Source of the DNA: Syncephalis fuscata S228
Lineage: Eukaryota; Fungi; Zoopagomycota
NCBI GenBank assembly: GCA_025786725.1
Contig: JAHLTZ010000072.1
Location: 1-52,921 of the forward strand
DNA: 52,921 bases
Direction: 5' to 3'
Shown: one piece after another, positions 13,679 through 25,200 of the stretch
Position numbering within the stretch: the first letter of the stretch is position 1
Layout: each line of letters opens with the position of its first letter
The notes under the pieces: model-generated
What the model was told of the DNA's origin: nothing
The model's input: the letters and a program-made list of their open reading frames with translations, nothing else
The model's database searches: none
Program-made: the position numbers and the translations under genes

Positions 13679-15863
13679 TTATGCATAAGCTTTCAACGGC
13701 TTTGATTCAGAATTGTCGGATGGACCTGATGTCGCGACAAATTGAAGGAAACGTAAGTTATTATCCATTTTATCCTCAAAAACTGGAGCTGAAGGCCGGC
13801 TTTCTACTGCAGCATCGACTTGAGGCGTGTCCGGGCTGTTAGTTGCATAACCGTGCGGTTTCTGGAATGGTGCTTTTTCAGCTGTAAAAGCTAAATGTGC
13901 GCCTTGATCTGACTGCAAATTTTTCCAATTAGTATTAGATGTGTGCTCAATCGGATTTGGCGCTGATGAAGATTGTTCAGTTGATGTAGAAACCGATGCG
14001 GCTTGTGATTTTTCTTGCTGTTTGTTGTCATGTTGAAGAGGCTTTTGCTCGGTATCACTAGCACTATGGGTTATCGTGCCAGTCGATTGATTCGCAGACT
14101 GATATGCCATAGGTGCTGCTGTAACAGATGGTGTATTTACGTGTCCGATAAATGTGTCTGGCTTAGATTCATCATTTGCTAGATGTCCACTGCTAGTGGC
14201 AGATATGATAGACTGATTAGGAATAACGACTTGAGATGATGTTATAGGACGTTGTGGCCGTTCTTGTACTTTTCCTAATGTTTTAGTCGATGCAGGAGTG
14301 TTTGTTGCTTGAGGAACAGGTGGCTGTGAGATATTAGTATTAGTATTGTTTGGCACATCTTGTGGCTTGGGCGATTGTTTTGAGTTATTATAGTAGGCAT
14401 TTGCCTTAATATTATCACTATTACTGTGACCTTCATTAGCCACAGCATTTGTTTCGGCTTCTAGAATAGCAGTTGCTGGCTGTGCAGTAAATCCATTATT
14501 TAGGTTATGTTCAAAAGTATCAACAGTGCCTGCTTCTGACGCTAGTACACCTGCTGGGGGGTTTGTAGCTTGTGTACCATAAGCAGCGTTTTCTGCATGA
14601 ACACCGGCTAGATCAGGATGGGCTATTTTGGCTGAATCATTGCCGGGCCGCGTCGAATAAGCTGCTGCTTGTGTGTTTGTTTTTAGACGTTGTTCATCAG
14701 TAGCTAAAACTTGGAAAGCTAAGTTTGCACTGCTATTAACATCTGATGTCGATGGCTGATACTGGGGGGCTTCAGTAGCTGATTTATGTACAGTGTTGGC
14801 TGATGCATTTATAGACTGTGATGATGGAGTACTAGCGGTTGATGGTGCTGTTGTTATTTTTTCTGAAACGTTGTTTACTTCGCCTTGCGTATTATATCCT
14901 TTTGGAGCAGCTTTATTTACTTCAGCTGCATTTTCAGGTATATTTTTTTGTTTATTAGCAAAAGCTGCTTCAATTTTTGCGGCGGATGGAGTAGTCTCAA
15001 CAGTCTGAGTATTGACCATATTGGCTGCCATAGCACCATAACCATTTGATATCACAGCATCTCCACGGGCACGTTGAGTATTTGTATCATCAACTGCAGA
15101 GTATGTTAGAGATTTGGCCTTAGATGCTGGCATCGTCTCCTTATTGTTGCTGGTGTTTATGTTTGTGCTTTGTAATGCCGTAGAATCTGCCTGTAACTGT
15201 GCAAAAGAGTTTGGGCTTTCATTGTTTTGTCCATTAGAAGAGCCATAAACGCTGCGGCGTCTTTGAGGACGGTCTTCGTTAACTATATTAAGTGCACTAA
15301 CGCTTTGAAGTGCATTTAAATTAAGCAATGGAAGAAAATCCTCGCTACGACGCGCCAATCGATGCATTCCTTGTCCTGATGGCAAATAAGTCACAGCTTG
15401 GTGAGAGGTATCCAATGCGCTAAGTAGACTTTCCAAAAAGGAATAATGTTGATTCTCTGGTCTAAGCATTATAGTACGAATAGCATTGTCTGTTGTACCA
15501 AACGAATCAGCACTATCTTCAAGTGACCATTTTGAAATTCCGGATCCAGAAGGTGTGTAAGTACTTGGCCATTGGGCTAATTCGCCATCATCTTTAAAGC
15601 CAAAATGTTCTTCAATCAGATTTTGTAGCTGCAGTTGATTTATTGACTAAATAAATGTTAAATATTGAAATAAAAGCAGTTTAGCTATTTACCTTGATAA
15701 TATTTTCGTTCGACAACATTTGTTCTACCGATAAACAAGCATCAACATTTGTAGCACACTTTCTATTAAAAAATCGTAATGGCAAAGCATTGCAAGATGG
15801 TGTGATGGCGGCAGCGGCCAATACGCTAGCGGCAAAAATCAGAGTGAACTTTGTTGAATGCAT
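13679..15863 (-). CDS. Secreted Ser/Thr/Ala/Asn/Gln-rich low-complexity protein (about 712 aa) with dibasic sites
   Basis: Exon 1 (15863-15693) has signal peptide MHSTKFTLIFAASVLAAAAITPSCNA. A 46-nt intron (15692-15647) joins in frame to the 596-aa ORF. Confidence 0.8.
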
Positions 15864-16623
15864 TGTTACGAAAATGAAAATGATACAAGTGTATAACTCG
15901 AAACAATTGCTGGATTGAATATACGTGTGTCTTCAAAAGTAGGTTGATATGATAAATATTAGAGGTTGTGGTGTAGAAGCGATTAGTATTTATAGTCTAG
16001 ATTGCTTATGCAAATACTATTGCAATAATCTAACTATCATAGTATTATAACTCCTTTAGCAGTAAAAGGCAGTAAAAATCTACATTTGAAATCACTAAAC
16101 TAGTCTGTGCATTGTACAAACTTTCTATCAGTACTGCTGAGTGACGTTGCACTATACACGTAAGCATTGCTAAATCTAGGGGGAGTATTTTATTGAGATA
16201 ATGTATTATAATGAACATAGTGGGAAAATACATTAGGGGGATAATTGAAATTGGAGTACATGACGTTGCCAGCAGCAACTGGGAGTACATTTAGTGCTGA
16301 CGCAATTGGCAACGTAATAATTAATTACTAGCCAGGAGTGTTATGTACGTGTGTGGAGGTCAATTATCTGCACATTAATGTCAATAAAGTTAAATCAAAG
16401 GATTAATATTAGTTAATAATTGTCAATGGTGTTTCAAATGCGGGAAAGATTAAACAAGTGTAGATTCAACTAACAGTTCTCAGTACACACACACACACAA
16501 AAAGAGAGGCATGCATACACACTTTCAAAAACTTTCAACCTTTTCACAGTTTTCATCAAATACTGTGCACGTTCGTTCATCTATTACTTTTATACGCATT
16601 TTATTTTGCTTAACACAATCAAC

Positions 16624-17684
16624 ATGTCTGACGTCGAAGCGGTTGCTAAGAACTTGGAGGAGACTAAGCTAGATGATCAGCCTGAAAATGCTGAAGAGGT
16701 AGGATCAAAGGGGGATTGGCTGGACAGGAGAGGCGTGGTGGTTTGTTTATGCTGTAATCAAGCATTGCTAGCTGATCAAATCTTATCACGGCTAACGTGT
16801 AGACAGATCGAGTAAATAGGCTGTAGTAATGACAAGTTACTAATAGTTTTTATTGTGTGCAGGAATTGGCTTTTGACCCAAGTATGAAGAAGAAGAAGAA
16901 GAAGAAGAGGGTGGCAGATGTAGCTGCAGAAGATGCAGAGCCTACTGAAACGGCGCAGCCTGCCGAAGAGGCTGCCGAGGACGGTGAGGAGGCTGAAGAT
17001 TTTGATTTCAGTATGAAGAAAAAGAAGAAGAAGCCAAAAAAGAAAGTCCAATTTGAAGGCGAAGAGGACGAAAACGTAGGCGATGTCGATGCTGAAGCAG
17101 CCGAAGACGGTGACGAGGCATTTGGTGACGAAGCTGAAGATGCTGACGAGACAGAAGCGACCAATGTTGCTGATGAACAGGCCTGGCTTGGTTCTGACCG
17201 CGACTATACTTATCAAGAGTTGCTAGGACGAGTATTTAACATTCTACGTCAAAAGAACCCAGAGTTAAGCGGTGAAAAACGTCGTTACATCATTGCACCA
17301 CCTGTTATGGAGCGTGATGGTAAGAAGTCTGCATTCTCTAATATTGCCGATATATGCAAACGTATGAATCGTCCTATGGAGCATCTTATTCAATTTTTGT
17401 TGACGGAATTGGGTACTACTGGCTCAGTTGACGGTAGCAATCGACTTATCATCAAAGGTCGTTTCCAGCAACGTAATATGGAACATATGTTGCGTCGTTA
17501 TATTCGTGAATATGTTACGTGCAAGACGTGCAAATCACCAGATACCATTATCACCAAAGAAAATAGGCTCTTTTTTATGCAATGCGAATCCTGCGGCAGT
17601 ACACGGTCTGTTGCTACCATCAAATCAGGCTATGTTGCCCAGACTACGAAGCGTTCGGTACTTCGTCGTGCGGCTGGTCAATAA
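16624..17684 (+). CDS. SUI3: Translation initiation factor eIF2 beta subunit
   Basis: Poly-Lys boxes ([20 protein letters not shown]), [35 protein letters not shown] and the C4 zinc finger CKTCKSPDT...CESCGS. Exon 1 is 16624-16698 and the main exon is 16863-17684. Confidence 0.96.
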
Positions 17685-18455
17685 AGAATGGACGAATAAA
17701 TGGACGGGTTTATTATGTACAGCGTGTTAATGGCTGTGCTCTATCTACAAAATCTGACTTGCACTTGTGTTTACATCCTTTTATGGCCGCGTGATCATAA
17801 TCAGCGTAAACACTGCGTTTTTTAAATGAAGTAAATACAAATTTACGTATTTTTTGTTAATAGTCCAATAGTTTTAAAAACTAAAAATAATATTAATTTT
17901 TTGTATATTTGTCATTACAGCTCACTACACTTAATATTCTGAAATTAAATAATACAAGTGATAATTGTATGTAATATAACAATACCAATATTAATACCAA
18001 TAATGTTGATACTTTAATGACAATTTACATTTTTATTGTTTATGTTTTGTAATAATCTATATCGTAATTTGATGAACAATAATTAATTATTATCAATTGT
18101 TTGACATTTGTTAAAAAGACTGTTAGACAATAATTTCAGAGTTTAACAATATTATCGAACTTAATTAAACATGAGCCGCAATACATTTCAGATTGTTTAT
18201 TCGAATTTATTGGCTTAAGCTAAAATTGCAGAATTAATGATACACATATGCTTTTTGTATTTTATCTAGTTGTTTTTTACAAATATTGTAGCTCTAATTT
18301 GTAGTTGATAAACTAAAACGTTAATAAACCATTAATTCCATGTTACATACAATTGAAGTTCTGGTATTAGATTTGCTTTAATCAAATTAGCATTTAGATT
18401 CAAGTTACAAAATGCAGTCAAAACGCAGTATTTTATCAATTTCTACGCAGATAAA

Positions 18456-19175
18456 TTAAATCTTTAGTGCTCTAAGACCTTCAAGTCCAACCTTTGGTGG
18501 GGGTGGAGCTGGAGTAGATGGAGCCTTTGGGGCCGCAGCCGGAGTAGGTGGAGTGACTGGAGCAGCTGGGGGCGGGGTAGCTGGAGGAGTAGCTGGAGCA
18601 GCTGGAGGTGGGGTAGCTGGAGTTTCAGGTGCTGGAGCAGGAGCAGCTTCTGGTGTGGTAGGAGCAGATGATAAGCTAGCAGGTGGGAATGCAATACCTG
18701 CTGGAGGGAAACTAAGACCTGCTGGAGGGAATGCAATACCTGCTGGAGGGAAATTAAGACCTGCAGGTGGGAAGCTCTTGATAAGTCCCCCTAGACCTTT
18801 AATAATTTGGCTTTCCGCAACACCGGCAGGTGGGAAGGTTACGCTTGGTGGAAGAGTTAGTTGCAAAGCCGATGGGGATGGAAAGCCAGAAGGCGGGAAG
18901 CTCGTCACAATATCAGTAATTGCCTTAACAAATTGACTATCTGTGAAGCTGGCTGGAGGAATAGCAGGAGGGAAGGCGGGAGGGAAAGCAATTGGAAGAC
19001 CGGCTGGTGGCAGCTTACTAACAATACTTGCAAAGTCAATGCCCTGTTGAGTGGTAACCTTATCCGATTTACGAGAGCCATTTTGGACTGCATTAATTTG
19101 TTGTGGTGCCGCTGACACAAGTGACGTGAGACAAGCCGACACGGCGACTACCGAAATCAATGCTAGTAGACGCAT
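18456..19175 (-). CDS. Secreted proline-rich protein with FPPA(G) repeats and a Pro/Ala/Thr tail
   Basis: Signal peptide MRLLALISVVAVSACLTSLVSA, intronless 239-aa ORF, repeated FPPAG(L/I)x heptads. Confidence 0.8.
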   Translation of the reverse strand: MRLLALISVVAVSACLTSLVSAAPQQINAVQNGSRKSDKVTTQQGIDFASIVSKLPPAGLPIAFPPAFPPAIPPASFTDSQFVKAITDIVTSFPPSGFPSPSALQLTLPPSVTFPPAGVAESQIIKGLGGLIKSFPPAGLNFPPAGIAFPPAGLSFPPAGIAFPPASLSSAPTTPEAAPAPAPETPATPPPAAPATPPATPPPAAPVTPPTPAAAPKAPSTPAPPPPKVGLEGLRALKI

Positions 19176-19846
19176 TTTAATTTAAAATAAATCGAACAAT
19201 AAACTATAGAGTAGGCTAACAAGAAAGTTTTGTGCACGGGATTGCAGATTTTTCAATATTCATTTGCTCGTATATATATACATACATACATGTACATAAC
19301 ATAAATAAACATATACATTACTGGAAAAAGGAGTGTTGCTCAATGCCCCGTGCTTTTCAGCAAACTAATAATATTCAGGTTTAAAGGGGCTGCCCATTAA
19401 ATAAACAGTATGCGGGATCACTGCAGGGTATAGTCGATTAGTTGTGCTCAGTGTTTAGTGACAAGGAGTCAGGGGCTTAGAGACGGACTACAATTGGTTC
19501 AAGTATAATTAAATAACATTTGTAATCATAACTCATTTGGGAGTGTGATGGTAGGAATGGTAATATTTATGTAGTGCATAATTGACGGCGTGTAGCTTAG
19601 TGCTCTGATAGCACACTTTTATTATCCAAGCATCATGTGATGCTGTGAAATAGAATCCGGTTCATTATTCATCAATGAACAGGATTTCAAAGTGCTTTCA
19701 ATGTAGAGCTGCAGATGTGATACATCATCATTCTTCATCATGCTGTCCCAATGATGGTCACGTTTAATTCGAACGGTGATGTTCATCTTTCAAGGTCTGC
19801 GCAACTGCGTTTGAACATGAATGTGACCTTTTGAAATTACACCAGC

Positions 19847-21416
19847 ATGCTATTCGGCATCATATTTCTTTTCTATCTGTTCGCTATTTATGTAATGAAG
19901 CCTGTTCAAATCTTTTCAGTAATACTGCTTGCAGTATTTCTGCTATTGCAATTGGTTACTTTTTATTTGGCGCAGCATTACCAACACTTACCTGCGATTC
20001 GGCATCGTTCTCTCTCCTTTACCCGTATTCTATTAGTAAGCTACACCCTTTTAGTAACAAACACTTTGTTGGCACTTGGATTCCCCCAAGTTTATCCGTG
20101 CATGTTAAATCCATGGGTAGGGGGCGTTATACTTCCATCATGTTGTATGGTAGTGATTTGTCGATTCTACCGACTAGCAGCACTTTATCGATGGAATGCT
20201 CGAGAGCTACAGAATTACGTAAAACCACGGCCCGTTTCGGCACTACTGGAGAGTATAGAAGATGAAAGTTTACCTAAAGGTCGACTCTTGAAAGTTCAAG
20301 GTCAAAACGACTCTGCTACTGCCGTTACAAGGTAATGATATTAATTATAATTCACCCAGAGTTTTTGTTGATTTTATTTGTCATCACTAAAATTACAGCC
20401 ATGAAATTATGTCTTCTGCCGGAGCAATCGAACAAAAATTAGGACTCGTAGATCGATTACTTGATGCGTATACTGACCGCCGAGCTATCGCATGCACTTT
20501 GATGGTAGCAGCTATTTTGATAATACCCAGTTTATTGATTACCATTCTTCGACCGTTTCATGATTCACGGCCAATTCAGAACTGTGTCATCAACCTCATT
20601 GACATGTTACCGATACTCATTTCTACACTGTTGATTGTAGGGATTGGTGGTGGCTCTATTGCATTACGTGTGCTACAAGCACGTGATGCTTATGGTATTC
20701 GAGCTGAGCTAATCGCCTCTGTAGCTATATCCTTAATTTTAATAACCCTATCAACATTATGGGTCGTTTATTCATATGCCAGCAACTCAGGAAAACGATT
20801 AGCCAAGGATCGTCTAAAATTTTACGACATTTCCGGTTTGCTCAATGGAATTGGTTTTATTGTATGTCAGTTCCTTATTGTAAATTATCCAACATTAATG
20901 GCTAGCTGGAATGCACGAAATAGCTTGTTTGCACAAAAAGACCTTAATGCCGTAGTTATTCGAATAAGATATACGGCAACAGGTCACCTATCCTTTGTAA
21001 GCGATTTACCAGCTTATTCAAAACAATTTGAAAAGTTACTTGACGATCCCTTAGAGTTAGCGTCATTTCGTAGTTATTGTGTTGGCTCGTTTTCCATCCC
21101 GGCCTGTATTTTTTATGAAAAATTTAGTACATTACAACGACAATACAATGCGGATGATCCTAATAGCGGCGTGTTACCTCATTTACTTCCGCAGTTTGTA
21201 GATGAATTGGAGGTTTTATATCGCGACTTTATTGTTACAGGTGCTCCGTTACCACTAACATGTATATTGCATCCAGCGACACTTAATATGCTGCGCAATG
21301 CCTATAATAGGCGCCAGATATGCTACGACTTACTGAATGATGCTGTGATCCAAGTCAAACAGTATCTTTACATCTGGAGCTATCCTGACTATATAAAAGC
21401 TCAAAATAACAAATAG
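19847..21416 (+). CDS. Multi-pass membrane (7TM-like) protein with C-terminal RGS domain
   Basis: Hydrophobic helices with IRHRS, YPC and RDAYGIRAEL motifs typical of fungal 7TM-RGS proteins. RGS-like segment FEKLLDDP...FRSYCVGSFS...FYE...LYRDFIVTGAPLPL...SYPDYI. In-frame intron 20332-20398. Confidence 0.8.
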
Positions 21417-21716
21417 CTTTAATAAATTATGTATTTACTTTTTAAATATTTATTAAATGGCTAATAAGCTTACTAGTTATTACTGTATTCTTATTTAATG
21501 CTCAATGAAATTAAATTATTGCTATTTAAAAAAATAAACAGAAATTTTTATTTTATTACATACTAATCTATGCTTTTTTAACTTTGCTCTATCAAGGACC
21601 GTTTTTGCTGGCCTCTAGCTTTATTATTATAATTAAATTCGACTAATATTGCTCAGTTTGTTCATTAGCATATCGAACTCTATAATCGTTGGAATTTGCA
21701 AAAAAAATAAACAATA

Positions 21717-22153
21717 GTATCAAATAAAGTGTGTTTATTATATTGTTACAAAACCAGGTTTATGATTTTGTAATGTTTGCTTAGCAACCAAAATAGAAGA
21801 AGGGGGTAATAGATGTGGTTTATTCAAATGTTAATTACTTAAACTAATAAAAATTATTAATTTAATAGCTTAACAACTCTTGTTATCAATAAATGGCTTT
21901 ATTCAGTAATCTAACACAGAAGTCTCGACTGTATTGATATAAAAGTAAGCTATAAGTAATTAGAAGTAGAAAAGTTATTTATTTCATGTTTAGCGAGCGT
22001 ATTAAGTATTTATAGTACTATCGGCGATTAAATGGCGAGTAAATGCAAAGGACCCTGACGAGAAAACCTTAATTAAGATACAACAAAGCTTAATTTGAAC
22101 GTTGTTGAATCGTGACATTTTAAGCAATAACAACATTTAAATAGCATGTTTTA
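21717..22153 (+). repeat. Inverted repeat A, left arm (437 bp)
   Basis: Reverse complement of 28616-29052 (GTATCAAATAAAGTGTG...AAATAGCATGTTTTA). No mismatch noticed by eye. Confidence 0.92.
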
Positions 22154-22272
22154 TATAATTTTCATGTAATGTTTAAATTTATTACTATTGTCATTGCTAT
22201 TATAATAAAAGATGAATTTGTTGATTTAAAGTGCTATTTACACCAATAATACACAATTACACTAAAACAAAA

Positions 22273-25200
22273 TTAGCGCTGCATTCCAGAACGTTCTTGC
22301 GATAGCTTAGACCACGGTTTTTCTGGACCCTCTAGAATGCAACCATTTGTTAATGCTATTATACTACTAAAGCTATTTCATTACCTTGGGCTGGTTCGGA
22401 GTATCCTGAAAAACGGTTCATCAGCTTTGCGCTTTTATTGTTTCTTGCCTGCGAGGTAAGCTGGCGTGATTGCCAGTTATCTCCCCATGGATTTTGTGTA
22501 CTACGCAATGAAGGCTTAATACTACTAGATTCGCCATTAATGCTTTGTCTTTTTCGAATATTGGTTGTTGGAGACTGATTAGAAGTGTTTGGAGGCGTTG
22601 ATCGTCGCGCCTTATTCATCGATGAAACAGTAGGAGACATGTAGTTGTTGGAAAGACGATTTTGCGCTTTCTTACCACCAAGTTGTTCACGATATACTGG
22701 ACGGCCTTCTATTGATTTGGTAGGATGGAGATAGCCTAAAAAATTAATTTTTTAATAAATAATCGTTGTTAATATGTTACTTACTAAGAGATTTTGCAGT
22801 GTTGTCCGTTGAATGTATCTGCTGTGCAGCTTCACGTCCAACCCGTGCAAACATCTTATCAAGCTCTGAAAAGTATAAATGCAAATAATTCTTTAGTGTG
22901 CCATATGGAATATCTTCATTAGGTGGAATGCTGTGAAACGCAAGCTCCTTTTCTAATCGAGCATTACCTAATGGGATTTTAGGCAGACTGTTACGTCGGC
23001 TGTGTTTCTCCATAGCTCTGGCACGACGTAGGCTGTGAACAGAATGGCGGGGCCTAATACGATATATAAACGTTCCCCATGGCTGCTCATTCTTCAAGTC
23101 AACGTCGTAAAATGCCAGTTCTCGATTTAACTGAGCAGTTGTTAATGGCGTTTTTCTTGCTGTCAATCCATATGTTTTCTCGTCGTGTCGTTTATCTTCG
23201 TTTAATATTTTGCATAGCTTTTTAGAATGTGAGAATGTACCCCACGGTTGCTCCTTGTCTAGATTTACATTGTAAAATGGCAGCTCATGTAGTTGAATGG
23301 CATCCTGCGTCTTCATATCTGGCATTACTTTATGCGATTTCTTGCTTCGTTTACCCGTTGAAACAAAAGTACCCCATGGATGTTCTTTATACAAATCAAC
23401 ATCGTAAAATGGCAGCTCATGTAGTTGAATGGCATCCTGCGTCTTCATATCTGGCATTACTTTATGTAATTTCTTGCTTCGTTTACCCGTCGAAACAAAA
23501 GTACCCCATGGATGTTCTTTATACAAATCAACATCGTAAAATGGCAGCTCGTGTAGTTGAATGGCATCCTGCGTCTTCATATCTGGCATTACTTTATGTA
23601 ATTTCTTGCTTCGTTTACCCGTCGAAACAAAAGTACCCCATGGATGTTCTTTATACAAATCAACATCGTAAAATGGCAGCTCATGTAGTTGAATGGCATC
23701 CTGCGTCTTCATATCTGGCATTACTTTATGTAATTTCTTGCTTCGTTTACCCGTCGAAACAAAAGTACCCCATGGATGTTCTTTATACAAATCAACATCG
23801 TAAAATGGCAGCTCGTGTAGTTGAATGGCATCCTGCGTCTTCATATCTGGCATTACTTTATGTAATTTCTTGCTTCGTTTACCCGTCGAAACAAAAGTAC
23901 CCCATGGATGTTCTTTGTACAAATCAACATCGTAAAATGGCAGCTCATGTAGTTGAATGGCATCCTGCGTCTTCATATCTGGCATTACTTTATGTAATTT
24001 CTTGCTTCGTTTACCCGTCGAAACAAAAGTACCCCATGGATGTTCTTTATACAAATCAACATTGTAAAATGGCAGCTCATGTAGTTGAATGGCATCCTGC
24101 GTCTTCATATCTGGCATTACTTTATGTAATTTCTTGCTTTGTTTACCCGTCGAAACAAAAGTACCCCATGGATGTTCTTTATACAAATCAACATCGTAAA
24201 ATGGCAGCTCGTGTAGTTGAATGGCATCCTGCGTCTTCATATCTGGCATTACTTTATGCGATTTCTTGCTTCGTTTACCCGTTGAAACAAAAGTACCCCA
24301 TGGATGTTCTTTGTACAAATCAACATCGTAAAATGGCAGCTCATGTAGTTGAATGGCATCCTGCGTCTTCATATCTGGCATTACTTTATGTAATTTCTTG
24401 CTTCGTTTACCCGTCGAAACAAAAGTACCCCATGGATGTTCTTTATACAAATCAACATCGTAAAATGGCAGCTCATGTAGTTGAATGGCATCCTGTGTTT
24501 TCATATCTGGCATTACTTTATGTAATTTCTTGCTTCGTTTACCCGTCGAAACAAAAGTACCCCATGGATGTTCTTTATACAAATCAACATCGTAAAATGG
24601 CAGCTCATGTAGTTGAATGGCATCCTGTGTTTTCATATCTGGCATTACTTTATGTAATTTCCTGTCTCGTTTACCCGTTGAAACAAAAGTACCCCATGGA
24701 TGTTCTTTATACAAATCAACATTGTAAAATGGCAGCTGATGCTGCAGCCGTTTAAAAGATAATAACACCGGTTTGTATGTTCTCTTTCTATGTCTTTTAA
24801 GTGAATTAAATGTTCCCCAAGGCTGCTCTTCGCTCAAGTCGATGTAATAAAAAGGAAGCTCTTCTTGTAATTCCTGAGTTGATAATTGCTTATTTAGAGG
24901 TAATTGATTATCGAGTTTGGATTTGGCCAGCGCTTTTTCGGATTGTTTACGCTTTTTCAAATGACCAAGAAGCGCTACATTTTTCATACTTTGCTTATGA
25001 ATCATATTATCGAGAGTACCATATGGAATAATCAATTCATCACAGAAAGGTAGTACATTCCATTTTAGATCCTGATATTCTGCTTCTATAGTCGCATGGT
25101 CAGCTGCAATTTTTGTCGGTTCATTATTTACAAGACGTCTTTTTCCGGCAGTGGCAGCAATAGCACTCACATCCAAAGTATGGGCTGCATTCATGGCGGC

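Noticed and set aside
22050-22080. Hammerhead ribozyme core (CTGACGA-GAAA) in inverted repeat A, which would suggest a Penelope-like pLTR
   Set aside because: I could not find stem II or a complement for stem I, so only the short core words match.
23268-24738. CRISPR-like array
   Set aside because: The units are contiguous and near-identical with no unique spacers, and they lie in a eukaryotic coding exon.
23229-24755. 508-aa plus-strand repeat ORF
   Set aside because: It is the antisense shadow of the 132-bp array. Repeat variants are largely synonymous in the minus frame, which is continuous with the PH-domain exon.
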